DNA of 64,000 bases from Zootoca vivipara. Lineage: Eukaryota. This document shows positions 36,515 to 50,700 of this stretch, piece by piece (within the stretch, counting starts at the first letter, position 1; each line of letters opens with the position of its first letter). The stretch is taken from NCBI RefSeq assembly GCF_963506605.1, contig NC_083279.1, positions 56,916,001-56,980,000 of the forward strand, in the 5' to 3' direction. Position numbers and translations under genes: made by a program. The notes beneath the pieces were generated by a model. That model did no database searches and was not told the DNA's origin. It saw only the letters and a program-made list of their open reading frames with translations.

Positions 36515-37620
36515 TTTAATTCCAATTACTGTACTTTTTTTTAAAATCCAAACCACCTCTTTTTCAATTGTAAGATCTATGAGGCCATATGAACCAATGT
36601 GGCTTTCTGTCCATTGACACTTACTGCACTGAAACTGGAAAAGCCTCAAACACGAGCACTTCCCATTTGCTAACTAGATGAAGGAAATGAATGTATGTCA
36701 CTTTAAGAAGAGTGCCTTAATGAGAACAAATACACTTCCTAGTTTTTATATAAAGAAAAATGATCTGAATCCAACTTTTGAAGCAATGTAGCATACAGGT
36801 TTTACATTGATAATGGAAACAGAGATGGTTTGGTTAGAGATGTACAGAAAAGTCTGAAAATTAAGGACACTGAGGCAAAATTAATGGATCTCTTAGCAAA
36901 AATACTAAAGAAGGAAAGCTTTGGATCTGGAGTGTAGGGTAATATCACAGCTAAGAGTGTGACATATGAGCTAATCAGCTACTGGCTCAAATTTTCACTT
37001 TACTCACAAATGAACTACGTGGGCTCAAGCAAGCCACTATTTTTCAGTTTCATTCCTTCCTCACTCCTAACCACAATATGGGCATAGTGACATTTATTTT
37101 TAAATTGATTGTATCAATAGAAATTTATTTAAAAATTGATCTTATCTATCCCACTGTTCATCCTAGAAGATTTCAGGGTGGGTAACAACAGTTGAAGATA
37201 CGATTAAACAACACTTTAATTGTATAATAAACAAATTCACTGATGTCAGGGTAGCTAGCAACAATTTAAGTCCTTGATTGAGCTTAAAGAGCTGAGATAA
37301 TGTGTGTGAAGCACTTTGCCTGAACACTACCTCAATGTGATGCATTAATGCCAATAGAATGAACACTTGCATGTCACACACTTGACCCTCCCAACATGAG
37401 TCAAGTGTTTTCAGTACACGTCACGGCAACAACTGACCTGAACAGGGTTAGAGTCTACTGTGGGTGGAACTTTGTGGTGTGCTTCACTCATATACACCAA
37501 GGTAACCTAGCTCTGTTTTTCAAAGGTTTAGCATTGAGGGCTCTGGTCGACTTTTACAAGGTTGTGCATTGTTCTTTCAAATACTGTACCACTTTCTTAT
37601 AGATGGCAAGTAGTCATTTG

Positions 37621-37808
37621 CAGTGGTACCTCGGTTTATGAACACAATTGGTTCCAGAGGTCTGTTCATAAACTGAAGCATTCATAAACTGAAGCAAACT
37701 TTCCCATTGAAAGTAATGGAAAGTGAATTAATCCGTTCCAGATAGGTCCGCGGCGTTCGTAAACCGAAAATTCATAAACCGAGGTGTTCATAAACTGAGG
37801 TTCCACTG
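37621..37808. mobile_element. Tc1/mariner (Tigger/pogo-like) MITE
   Basis: TIR cagtggtacctcggttt / aaactgaggttccactg, with TA on the right and TG on the left. Confidence 0.9.
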
Positions 37809-37882
37809 TATATATAAAAAACCCTGCTTCTTTCATGCACATTGGTATAGTTTGCTAAGCTGAACCATGGCTTAATGCATAT

Positions 37883-37977
37883 CAAAGCTGTCAAGTTCTC
37901 CCCTTTTTTAAGGGAAATTCCCTTATGCTGAATCGGCTTCCTCACGAGAAAAGGGAAAACTTGACAGCTACGGTATG
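37883..37977. mobile_element. ~90-bp mini hAT element
   Basis: Near-identical to 62764-62853; TSD ATGCATAT (37875-37882 / 37978-37985). Confidence 0.88.
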
Positions 37978-39696
37978 ATGCATATGCATGAACATGCAGG
38001 TTCCCAGACAGGAGATCACAGCTGCTTTGCTCCTCCCTGGCCCTTTAGCTCAGAATGTGATTTAGGGTGGCCTGTTGTCCAGACCTAGGCTCATGGTTAA
38101 GCTTTCTCCTTCTTAGCCATGACTTATAGCCAGGGTTTATTTAGCTCATTTAGTGCTCTGCTGAGCTAAAGGGACCAAGGAGGAACATAGCAGGTGTGAG
38201 CTCCTCCCTGGGAATTTGCATGTTTGCAGACGTGCACTAAGCCATGGTTCAGTTTAGCGTAATATACCAATGTGTGAAACAAGCATATTTTTATGAATGA
38301 CTACTTGCCATCTATTTAAAAAAAAGTGGTATCAGCAACACAAGGCATACAGGAATGAACCTAATGTATAAGTGGTAAACATAAATTGCATTTATTTGAA
38401 AAATATAAAGACTTCTTCAATGCTGTGTGTTGATGTTAAACCTCTAAAGTTGGCTTACAGGAGACATTTCTTTTCCAAAGTTCAAAATACAAAGACAATA
38501 AAATGTGAAAGTCATTCCGATGTGACAACAGATTAAAGAGTATCCCTTTGTCACAAGGTTTTCATTCTTGTGGAATAGAATCACACTGGACTTTGCCTTT
38601 TATTTGAAATCTTACCTTTTAATAAGTGAACTTTTGAAATTACCTCAGCGAACAAAGGTTCCTCTTTTACAGTTAAACTTTTAACCCTTGAGGTTGAACT
38701 AGTGTAGGCCAAAGGAGAAAACCATCGTGTTTTCACTGAACTTTTTACCCTTTCAAAAAAAAATGCAGACAAGTTTAAAGTTCATACAGTGAGCAAGAGG
38801 TCTCTAGTGGGTATTTCTGGTATTATTAACTTCCTGACCTCAGATAATTAAAAGGGAACAGTGAAGGCAGTATAGACTCAGGCTCAACTTTGAACTTTTA
38901 ACCTCTCTTGCAAAACTATTTTGTGTACAAGTAGCATATACACTCAACCCATTTATTATTAACTTTCCTCAGAACTTGCATGCAAAGTGCAACCTATTTT
39001 CGGTATCAATCCAAAATGCTTTGTATTCTTGAATTCCTTAAGGGTTGGGTTTTATCTGGGGGAAAAATAAAATCTCCAATCAAAATAATACAGTAGGGAG
39101 TTGTTGTTTTAAATCTGGGGTTAGGAAGTACAGTATTGCTGGGAAAATAAAAAGGTTCTGATCCAGAGCCAAACTAGATGCGCAGCTGCTTCCAGATTGC
39201 TGCTATTTTGAGGGTGGCCTTCAATCATACACTGTCAAATTCAGCTTGCACAATTGAAGTGGATTTAGTGCTCTTGTGCAACAATCCACTTGTGCCCCAA
39301 ACCCAGACTTTTGCAGTAAGGCAAATGGGGAAAACCATTGGGAAGTGTGGGATAGCAATGGTTTGACATGATATATTGTAACCTCCATGGAAAGAAACAA
39401 TTAAAAAACAGCAGATGCTGTATAACTTCTGCACAACTTTTGTGAAAACAAACAAGGATGAATGCTCAATAAACAAGTTGTCCAGAAGAGCCCACAGTTG
39501 TGTGCTTTTCTTATGACAGGTTTTTTAAAATGAAAAACAAGGCTATTGCGGAATGTTTAAACTAAGGAGTGAAAGCAGTGCATGTATGTAGGGAAAGAAC
39601 CTACTTCACTCTGTTTCCCAGTGCCCTCCACTTAGGGCCTAATGACATGTGATGTTAATTGCATCACACCTACTCACAGCCACCACACTGTGGTAT

Positions 39697-41393
39697 TAAT
39701 TATTATTATTATTTTATTATTATTTATTATTTATACCCCGCCCATCTGGCTGGGTTTCCCCCGCCACTCTGGGCGGCTTCCAACAAACACCAAAATATAT
39801 TAAAATATCACAGATTAAAACTTCCCTAAACAGGGCTGCCTTTAGGTGTTTTCTAAATGTCAGGTAGTTGTTCATCTCCCTGACCTCCGATGGAAGGGCG
39901 TTCCACAGGGCGGGCGCCACTACCGAAAAGGCCCTCTGCCTGGTTCCCTGTAGCTTTGCTTCTCACAGTGAGGGAACCGCCAGAAGGCTCTCGCTACTGG
40001 GCCTCAGTGTCCGGGCTGAATGATGGGGGTGGAGACGCTCCTTCAGGTATACAGGACCGAGGCCGTTTAGGGCTTTAAAGGTCAGCACCAACACTTTGAA
40101 TTGTGCTCGGAAACATACTGGGAGCCAATGTAGGTCTCTTAGGACCGGTGTTATGTGGTCTTGGCGGCCACTCCCAGTCACCAGTCTAGCTGCCGCATTC
40201 TGGATTAATTGCAGTTTCTGGGTCACCTTCAAAGGTAGCCCCACGTAGAGCGCATTGCAGTAGTCCAAGCGGGAGATAACTAGAGCATGCACCACTCTGG
40301 TGAGACAGTCTGCGGGCAGGTAGGGTCTCAGCCTGCGTACCAGATGGAGCTGATAGACAGCCGCCGTGGACACAGAATTAATCTGTGGCTCCATGGACAG
40401 CTGTGAGTTCAAAATGACTCCTAGGCTGCGCACCTGGTCCTTCAGGGGCACAGTGACCCCATTCACGACCAGGGAGTCCCCCACACCCGCCTGCCCCCTG
40501 TCCCCCCAAAACAGTTCTTCTGTCTTGTCAGGATTCAACCTCAATCTGTTAGCCGCTATCCATCCTCCAACCGCCTCCAGGCACTCACACAGGACATTCA
40601 CTGCCTTCACTGGTTCTGATTTAAAAGAGAGGTAGAGTTGGGTGTCATCCGCATACTGATGAACACCCAGCCCAAAATCCCTGATGATCTCTCCCAGCGG
40701 CTTCATATAGATGTTAAAAAGCATGGGGGAGAGGATGGAACCCCGAGGCACCCCACAAGTGAGATCCCAGGGGTCTGAGCACTCATCCCCCCCCCCACTT
40801 TCTGAACACGGCCCAGGAGGAAGGAGCGGAACCACTGTATGACAGTGCCCCCAGCTCCCAACCCCTCTAGATGGTCCAGAAGGATGTTATGGTCGATTGT
40901 ATCAAAGGCCGCTGAGAGATCCAGCAGAACTAGGAAACATCTCTTACCTTTGTCCCTAGACCGCCAGAGATCTTCAACCAGCGCGGCCAAGGCAGTTTCA
41001 GTCCCATGATGAGGCATGAATCCCGATTGGAAGGGATCCAAATGGTCTGCATCCTCCAGGTGTGCTTGGAGTTGTTCAGCAACCACTCGCTAAATCACCT
41101 TGCCCAAGAATGGTAGGTTTGAGACTGGGCGATAATTGGCCACATTTGTCAGGTCTAAAGATGTTTTTTTAAGAAGTGGTTTAATGACCACCTCTTTCAG
41201 CGGGTCTGGGAATACTCCCTCATAGAGGGAAGCATTTACCACCCCGGGGAGCCCATCGCCCAGCCCTTCCCAGGTCACTTTTATTAGCCAGGATGGGCAA
41301 GGATCAAGGAAACAGGTGGTCGGTTTCACTCGTCCAAGCAGCCTGTCCACATCCTCGGAGGTAACAGATTGAAATTGATCCCATGAAACATTG
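39697..41393 (-). mobile_element. L2 LINE, 1.7 kb 5'-truncated, frameshifted RT domain
   Basis: Consecutive ORFs give NYRPVSNLPFLGK, QSGF..HGTETAL, LLDLSAAFDTIDH, GVPRGSILSPMLFNIY, YADDTQLY and LHWLP. (ATA)n tail at 39697-39733. Confidence 0.97.
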
Positions 41394-42704
41394 TTTAATT
41401 GTATGTGCAGGGTCAATTTTAATTTGGAATCCAGGGAGAGGAGGTTCAACCCTTCCCCACCACCCCAACAAAATTACCTCCTCCATGCTGCAATTGGCAC
41501 ACCCCTTGGCACCAAAAATCAGGGGGTTTATTAAGCCAAATTGTACTGCAGTGGGTGGAGAGGGTTCTTTTTGCAATTGCTGAAAAGGATTCCTATTTAT
41601 ATAGCATGAGGATAAGTTTCAATTAACAAATAGCGAGGAAGGAAATCATTAAGCAGCTCTTTCCCCTTGCTATGTTCCCCTCCCTTCCAGTGCAACCTTC
41701 ACCATGTCCTCCCCCATTTAAAACAATAATATACATTCTTTGGTGGGGGGGAATACATGCAACCAGTTGGCTCTCAAGCACTCTTTGCTGCCATTTCTGA
41801 GCTTATTTGCTTACAATTGCTTCGATTCTATATGTTGCTGTGGTCTGACTTCATCTGGGGCTTGTCTCTTGGTTGTTCAAGGCATATGGACTGTATTCCC
41901 CAATATTGTTGTTCCTCAGCTTTCTCCCTTGCCTTGAGGAATAAAAATAGCAGCTTATTGCCTGGTTTACCTTTGCCCTCTACTGGCTGTGACATTCAGG
42001 AGCTGGAGATGTCAGCTGTCTATTCCCAGAGGCAGCAACAAGGTTGCCAGGCGGCTAGCTCAGGTGAGTGACTTGAGACCTCTGAATCCAACTCTGTGGT
42101 GATTTCAAGCCTCCTGCTTTCTGGCACCGTGAAATTATGATTTCCTCGTTAACGATGATAACTGTTTCAATGGGTTTTTTGTTTTTTTCAAAAGTATGAC
42201 ACAAAGAATAATTTCTTTTAGAACGTCTCGTGAAGCTGGAGGCATATTTGTTGCTAATCGTCTGTCTCGAAACAAATGTGGCATAAATAACAAATCATTA
42301 AAAGTTATCAAAGATAGTAATCCATTTGTACAAGAAATAAAGTTGTAATGTCTTCACTCCTGAAGCTTTGTAATGTTTTTGATAGGTGTCAATGGCAGAT
42401 ATTAATGAACAGATGGCTGCCAACTCCTCCAGCCTCAAATAATATTCACTAGGATGCTTCTGTCAATTGTTTTCCATTATCATGATTAAAAGTTTATGAA
42501 GTAGACTGGCTGACTGGCCTCCCATTGAGCAGTGACAGTTTCAGCAGTTGGACATTGCACTGCTCTGTGACTACCCTTTGCAATTATTGTATATTTTTTA
42601 TCATGTTCTTTTCCTATTAGCAATCGCTACCTTAACACTTATTGCTCATGTTTTCCTACAGTCATAACTTTGGGAATAAGAGGTACATAACTGAATAAGA
42701 AATA

Positions 42705-43016
42705 CAGTCATACCTCGGTTTAAGTTTAAGTACTCCACGGACCCGCCTGGAACGGATTAATCCACTTTCCATTACTTTCAATGGGAAAGTTCACTTCAGG
42801 TTAAGTACGCTTCGGGTTAAGTACGGACTTCCAGAACCAATTACACTCATACCTTGGGTTAAGTACGCTTCAGGTTGAGTACTCCGCAGACCCATCTGGA
42901 ACAGATTAATCCACTTTCCATTACTTTCAATGGGAAAGTTTGCTTCAGGTTAAGTACACTTCAGGTTAAGTACAGACTTCTGGAACCAATTGTGTTTGTA
43001 AACCGAGGTACCACTG
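42705..43016. mobile_element. Tigger/pogo-like MITE with internal duplication
   Basis: TA TSD, TIR cagtcatacctcggttt / aaaccgaggtaccactg, and two tandem copies of ggattaatccactttccattactttcaatgggaaagtt. It is the reverse complement of the 37621 family. Confidence 0.9.
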
Positions 43017-44667
43017 TAACTAAATTAAGAGAAACAATAACAAATATTTCACACATGGCATATATTCATTTAATTATTTGAAGTACTTTTATGCTGTTCT
43101 TCAGTAGAAAAGGCTGCAGAGCTGCTTACAGATAAATATCAAAAATTATAGTTTCCATCTTTGGGCTTATAATCTACAAGACATAACCTAAAAGGAAAAA
43201 GGGATGGGGACAGTGAAGGAAAATAGCATACACATGGGTAGATTAGAATCCCTGAAGGCATATACCATAATAAAATTTGTTTGCTTTTAAAGTGCTAGGA
43301 GACTCAGTATTTTCAACTGATTAAACTGGACTCAGGTATATTATCCTGCACTTCTGCCTGAGGTCTTTGTTAGTTTTTTAACTTGCAGAGAGTCAGGTAC
43401 TGCAACATCTCTCTTCTGACAGGTAGCCTTTTGACCCAGAGGAGGTGTTTGTTTTGTTTTGTTTTGCAAATTCCTCCATTCTCTTGCAGACCCCCCCTCC
43501 CCAAGTCATCTCCTGTACAATTTTAAATGGTCCCCCAATCCTTTGGAGAGGACGGTGGAGGGCTGGAGTGGGCTCCAGAGCGAAGGCTGAAACAGCAACC
43601 CTCACTCCTCCGGCCTTTATTCTCATGGAAGCTTCTGCTGGATCAAATTGCCTTCTGACAGTGGTGGGACACAATTATGATACATTAAATGGGAGTTTAC
43701 AAGCTTTACTTTAATGAGAATGGGATTGACTTTTGTTTTGTCACATCTCTGAAATTCCACTGGAGAATTCTTATGCGCATAAGGCTATGAACAAGAAAGG
43801 TTCAAACTTGTGTATTATTTGCAGTGGTTTTATTTTGCTTTACTTAGTGTTTGATCTCCAAGGTGCATTTACACATCTCTCTCCCTTTCAAGGTAGCACA
43901 CCCTACAGTGCATAGGAGCAGGGACTGGTTTCGGCAATGTGAAGCTGACTAAAGTTGATGCTGACGCTGCCCTTGTCTGAAATCACTGCGAGAGGAGAGC
44001 AGCTATTATTAAAGGAATTCAAAGGGCACTTGACATAATCGGGTCAGCCAGAGGTGCATAAACAAGAAGCCAAAGAGGACGCACTACACAGAAATGTGTC
44101 TTTTGGGTATGTACCTGGAAGACACACACTGTGAAGCTTTTATTCACACCTGCTTGCATGACGATTCTCTCTTCTTCTTCTTCTCTTCACCCCCAGCCCT
44201 GTTTTATGTTTTATCAGCCAAGCAATTTTATTCATGGCAACCTGACATGCGAAAGGACATTTTAAAAAAATGACTACCCAGTTCTTAAGCAAATCTTTCT
44301 ATTATGGTTATCTTCATAGCAGGAAGATTTCCTTATCCAGGCAGCTTAATGGGTAGGTACCCCCACAATTGTGTCCTGCCTGACAGGAAGAAAGAGGCAT
44401 TTCAGTTTCGTCATGGATGAAGGAAGGGAGGAGATGGAGTTAGAAGAGATGATGTAGGTTGTTCTCAATCCCTTAGAAAGGAATTGGCTTCTGCTGAGAC
44501 AATGTATTTACTCTGAGGTTTTCTTCACTTTATCGAAATGTTTACAGTACAATGTTTATACTTTATAGATGCTCATTTTGGGTTGTGCAAATACACTATT
44601 CTTAATGTACCAGCTTCTTGGAGATAAACTTAAAATGAGATTGTCCATGAATCAGGCATTGGGCAAC

Positions 44668-44708
<41 letters not shown>
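44668..44708. repeat. (TAA)n microsatellite
   Basis: About 13-14 perfect TAA units. Confidence 0.95.
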
Positions 44709-45626
44709 GCATACAATAATTGATGCCAGGCCACTTTATATTTCAATTGCTTCACAAAGGTATTGATACTGAAGTGCAGCATTCTCTTGGAAAACTGAAC
44801 CAGTGGTGTAGTTGCAGTGTTAAGTCAAATACCACCCAAACAACAATTTAGATATACAGTACGGGCATGCATGCATCCTTGCTTAATAAGAGAATACTTC
44901 ATTTCTTGCCAATGCATAGGGTCAGAGTTATTTATTATAAATTTCATTTTTGGACCTGTGCATTCTTCCTAGTTTAGAATCAATTGCTGTTTAAACTTTA
45001 AAGAGTGATTATGTGTTCACTTTTGAAATGAAAGGGCACATAGTTGGCCACAACACAATAAGAACAGAATTTCTAGTATCAACTCCTTTAAGGGTTTTGA
45101 CAGGATCAGGCCACTGGGAACAATCTGTGGGTCAGGCACCAGACAGCACTTAAAACAATTATGGCCCAGGATAGGGTGGGTCAAGTCTACAATATCTAAA
45201 ACTCCAAGTCAGGGCCACCACTATGTATATATCACAGCTTTTAGGCAAGGTCAAGTGAAAGTTGAAGGCTTAGACATGAAATCATGGCCAAGATTGTAAA
45301 CAATTCTGACAATGGCATGAGGAGTGGATTTTAGCAAATTTGAATCAGGTCCTAGTTCACATTCAGGATCATTTATTATTGTCTGTATTTTACAAAATGT
45401 GAATACTGGCAATTATTCTATATCTTACATTTTAAAGTTCTGATTCATGTCTCATTCTGATGAGTTGCACTGTGCATATTTCGAAAGATTAATTTAGGGT
45501 TTCTACTACAACACTCTTTCCATATCTTCTTATGTATTTTCATCATCTTCCTTCCTTACGTACTGCTGTGGCCAGCTGGGCTCTACTTTTGTCTCCTGGC
45601 AGGCAAAGGAGGAGGATGGGCAGGAG

Positions 45627-46290
45627 ATAAGAATTTATGAACCGTCCTGCTGGGTGAGACCAAAGGTCTGTTCTGTCCTGGAGGTCCACCAGAAGGGCTT
45701 GAAGTGAATAGCCCTCTTCTCATTGTTTCCCCTGCTGTCTCTGAAACTGGGGGTTGCATTTAGCAGTTATAAATTATAGCCATCAGAGATATGCATTTCA
45801 TGAAGGAGGCCAATCCTTTAAAAAGGTTTTCTAAGCTAGTGGACACCATAACATTCTGTGGCTGTAAATTCACATATTAATTACATTTTGTGTGAACAAG
45901 CATTTCCACTGTCTGTCCCCGAATCTACTGCCAGTCGATTACACTGGAAGACTCCAAAATCCAGTATTAAGAGAAAATTACAAAACTTCCTCTGTATCTA
46001 CTTTCTGCACACAGCCATCATCTCTATTTTCCCCCTTAAATTCAATAGACCCTTTCACATTTTCTGAAAGAGAAGGTGGTTCCCCATCTCCCTGATTATT
46101 ACACCCCCTTTCTGGTTGGTGATTTTCTTTTTGAGATGGAGCAACTCAAGCTATACTCAAACATGGCTGCACATGTGAGTATAGTATAAGCACATTATGA
46201 TACTTGCAAGTATACTTTACATTCCTTTCCTAATGCTTCTTAGCATGGCATCTGCTGTTTTCTAACATGGAGTTGACATTTTGACTCTAT
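45627..46290 (-). mobile_element. Old CR1 LINE fragment
   Basis: ataagaa...cctgctgggtgagaccaaaggtc terminus with degenerate ORF2 sequence upstream; recognised by pattern only. Confidence 0.55.
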
Positions 46291-47464
46291 GACAAAACTA
46301 ATCTGATAAGACAATCCTTGTATTTGTCAGGAGTGGGAAATTGGTGGAGCAGGCTGGAACTGGTCCAAAAAGACTTTTTGAGTAGCCCGTCAGCCCCTTA
46401 CAACATTTCTTGGTTGCTATGGCAGCAATGACAACATGGTTGCTTTAAAATATCCTCCACAAAGTGTAGTGGTAGCAAAGGTAGTAGCAGTGGGGACATT
46501 ATCCCTGGTGGGGTTATCCTAACCTAAGTGTTATCCTTGGTGGCGGGAACCTCCTCCCAACTACTTAGAATCTGGAAATAATCCTCATGGAGCTTCAGCC
46601 TCTGAAACAGTTTCTAGACATCTTCATGGGAGCATTTCTGGAGAGCTTGGGGATCATCAGAGGAGCATTGTCATCATTTGGTCAAGATCAGAAGAGATAC
46701 ACTTCCCACATCTCCCTTTACAATTCCAAGGAAGAAGAGTTCCAGGCAGGGCAAGAGCTGCACACAGGCGAAGTGTTTTGTCTTCCTACTTCCTTTCCCT
46801 GCCACAACTCTAAGCAAAACAGACAACTCAATAGCAACTCTAACAAACGTTTCAATTGCATTCCATGCAGCAGGTTACTATTATCCTGGTCTGTGAGAAT
46901 CCTGGTCTATGTTAAATTTGTCACCTAAATAGCATCTCCACGTTGAACTTGCAGCTGAGCAAAAGGTGTGTGAACTGTGTGTGTGTGTTTAGGGTGTGTG
47001 GTGGTGTTAAGTGTGTTGTGTGATTGCATGTGTTGTGTGCATGTATGCCCCCACTTACCTTTGAATCTGGTCCACACACTTTTGGAATGCACCCTCTGAT
47101 AGATTTTGACCTAGGTAATATGGACCTTGGCTTGAAGAATGTTACCCATGAACCTCATTTGCCATTATTATTATTTTGCTCATTTACTGAGTATATTGTT
47201 GTAAGTTTGTGGGATGCAAAATACCCTAAATTCCAGGGTCCAGTGAAAGTTAGAATTAATGAAGGTTTGGGCAATGAAATTGTGCTAAACATTGAAGCCC
47301 TGGATTCAGCTTATGTTAAAATACAAGCCAGGCCAGCCTGGTGATAGCTTGTTGAGTGTGGGTTATTAGGGGAACAAAGCCTAGACATGGCCTGGTAGGT
47401 GAACCATTAAATGAGACATTAACAGGCAAAGAATATGCCAGCCATCCTGAGCTGAGAGACAGAT

Positions 47465-47758
47465 TGTTGTTGTTGTTGTTGTTGTTTAGTCGTTTAGTCG
47501 TGTCCGACTCTTCGTGACCCCATGGACCAGAGCACGCCAGGCACTCCTGTCTTGCACTGCCTCCCGCAGTTTGGTCAAACTCATGTTCATAGCTTCGAGA
47601 ACACTGTCCAACCATCTCGTCCTCTGTCATCCCCTTCTCCTAGTGCTCTCAATCTTTCCCAACATCAAGGTCTTTTCCAGGGAGTCTTCTCTTCTCATGA
47701 GGTGGCCAATGTATTGGAGCCTCAGCTTCATGATCTGTCCTTCCAGTGAGCACTCAGG
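47465..47758 (-). mobile_element. BovB LINE 3' fragment
   Basis: Near-identical to 35854-36140, with an (AAC)n tail and 14-bp TSD GCTGAGAGACAGAT (47451-47464 / 47759-47772). Confidence 0.95.
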
Positions 47759-50700
47759 GCTGAGAGACAGATATCAGAAGCAAAAGCAGAATTTTTAGTT
47801 TGGTGTTGCAGCTGGTGATGATTTAAGCAGAAGGGAAAAGTTGCATTTTGCAAGCAGTTTGCAAGCTGGAGAAAGGGGGATCAGAGCAATGTGAATCCAA
47901 GGAGGCAGTAATGTGAGAAACAGGACCCTCTTGGAGTCCCTCCATCATAGGCTCAGGTTGTATATATGTATAAATAAACCATATTTCATAAAGACACTAC
48001 AGTCTCCACTGCATCTCATTTTTAAAGGAAACACAGATCCTGGTAAATATGGCTGGTACCCCTGGAATCTTGCACCACTCAGAGATTGGGCTGGCGTGTA
48101 AATATATATATATATTGAAGCTCTTCACAGTCTGCTTGGTTCCCCCACCATCCTGAATAATTTTGCGACCAGTTGAAGAACAGAATGGGAGGGACAGCAT
48201 CTGTGTACGTAAAGTATAGACACTATCACTGCAAGAAGACAACCCTAGTTGTTATAGCAGACAAAAGTGAGTCCTTCTCTGCAATTAGGCTATCATGCCA
48301 ATTGTAATGCATTTACCTAAAATGTACTACCTTGATTATTGTTTACTGCATATGTCAAAGTGTGTATTCAGGCAAGTGACTTCTAGCCATTATTTTCATT
48401 GTTCTGCTGAAACCATGTCTGTTACGCCAGTGAGTTTCACAACAACATATATATGTTAGCACGCGGTGATAAGAATACAAACATCACTGTGCCACTCACC
48501 AACTTGACAGTAAATAAAAACCATGGTTATATCACTTCAGCTTGCATTCTTTCCATACCACAGGTCACCATGCCCCAAGGAGATGTGTCTTCCAAAATAT
48601 TGGCCAACTACACTCACAGGAAGATGCTGTTGAGTCTAGCCAAGAGAGATGAATAAATGATGGCTGGAATATACTAGGTCGATGGAGTGTCTGAAAGATT
48701 ATTTGACATTACAAGACAAACAAAGCCAACTGTGGGGGCAGTCTGCTTGCTAAGCGTCAATGGGATCTTTTTGCACTAAGTTTAATGGGAGAAGGCTCTG
48801 TAATTAATCTTCATGAGTAATGCGTAGGTTTCCAAAACATTCTAATTGCCCACAATCATCCTTTATTTATGCCCAGATAAGTAAATGTTCTTAGGGCAGC
48901 TAAACCACTCTGTAGAAGAACTGTCCCAAGTCTATGAACACCATCTTTATTTAATTTAACTGGCTTTCCAAACTTTCCCCTAAGAATTACAAAAAGCTCT
49001 TAGTTTTGCCTAAAGAAATTCTTAGCAGCACAGTTCTGCCTCTACCCACAGAGTATAGGCAAAGAAAGCTCAAACTGCAAATAAATATTGTCCCTTATCT
49101 AGGGAGGGAAGACATCTGCAATAGCCCACATAGTGCTACCCAGATATTATGGACAGCTCCCATCATTCCTGACCATTGTTCATGTTGGTTAATGACACAA
49201 AAACTGGCCACCCCTGGTGTCTATGGCGCTTCTTTCACAATGGTTCTACACAAATTAGTTAGGTTGGGAGATGGTGAGGAACTGGTATAGGGTCACCCAG
49301 TGAATTTCATGGCTATGTGAAGATTTCAAAGCAGATCTCCACTGTCAAACCTCTAACCATTAAACTATGCTAGTTCTTATCGTACATGAGGCAATTTACC
49401 AGAGCATGCTTGAATTTTTCAAGCTAACAACTGGCTAATTAACATGCAGATGAAACACAAGGAAGAAATGAAAACTCTGAAATCTGCTTTGAGTAGAGTT
49501 ATTTGGTTAGTGCTGAATGCTGCAGCATGGTTGCAGACAGGAGTGAGATCTCTGACTCCCAAGCCGCAACATGGGATCTACATTCACATTTTCACTTTTG
49601 ATTTATAGTTAAGAGCACTAGAAAAGCATAAGGTTTTGTGATTAGCCAGCAATTTGTCAGTATTAAAAATGTCTCATGCCTTTCTCCTGCCACATTGCGG
49701 TACTTGTGAAAACGGATAACATAACATTTCATCAGAAGACTGTTTCCTAGTCCTGACATGCATGTAGTGCTCCTGTGGTCTGGTCAGAGCCTAAGCTGGA
49801 ATCCAACATGGCAGCAATAGCTTTGCTGCAACCCACCTGGTATGGCCTCATGACCCACCTGTGGGTCCTGACCCACTGCTCTAGATGAATCTATCATTTA
49901 TGTACCATACAGGTATATTTCTATCACACTGTTGTAGAAACTACCCTGATCTTCAATTTTTGTATGTTGCTGTTGGCAAAGAGGTAGCTCATGAATAAAT
50001 AACCTCAACTATTATTATTGTTTTAAAAAATTATCTCTCTGTGTGTGTACTGGATAGTATATGTTCATGCATAGATAGCATTTCTTGCATAATATTATTA
50101 GTTTTTTAATACAGAGAAATAATACAAATCAACCACCAAACCACACATTCCTAATATTACCTCTCCCACCCTTAACAAATACATTGCCACAACTGGCACC
50201 TACAAGATGTAATTCAGCTTTATATACTTACCGCCACTACCCTGCCCACTTCCAAACAAGGTAACAGAAGATAAAAAGACAAAATAAAAGGGGAGGTTGT
50301 GACAGTAGATATTTTTAAGAATTTGTGTTGCTTATTGAAAAATGCTCCCAGCTGCCTATATTTATTTATAATTGACTCAGTTCCTCTTCTCGCTACAGGC
50401 ATTCCTATGCACGCTTCAGCAATGCTGAAATGACAGGAGAAAACACCGCAGCTTATGAAAAAATGCTATGCAAGGTTCTCATTTATGTTGTCTTTAGATT
50501 GACTTCATATAAAGAGTCTCTGAAGGGACCATGAATAAAATATGGAGAGTAATAACAGCCACTTTGCATTGACAGGGGCATCCTTTAAATTAAAACCAAG
50601 TTTCTGCAGTGCTGGCCCCTCCAAGAAAGACTGGTTGGAAATCTGTTAGTCATCCTTTTCAAATTAAAGACTTGGAACAGTTACTGGAAATGAGCTGGGA

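Larger units (their letters stand above)
37582..38338. repeat. Long imperfect palindrome (old MITE or inverted duplication) with two nested insertions
   Basis: atagatggcaagtagtcatt (37599-37618) is the exact reverse complement of 38296-38315. The arms keep pairing inward (gctaagctgaaccatggctta / taagccatggttcagtttagc; ccctttagctcag / ctgagctaaaggg). Confidence 0.85.

Noticed and set aside
48562-48576. ERE-like AGGTCAccaTGCCCC
   Set aside because: About two one-mismatch EREs are expected by chance in 64 kb; no supporting context.
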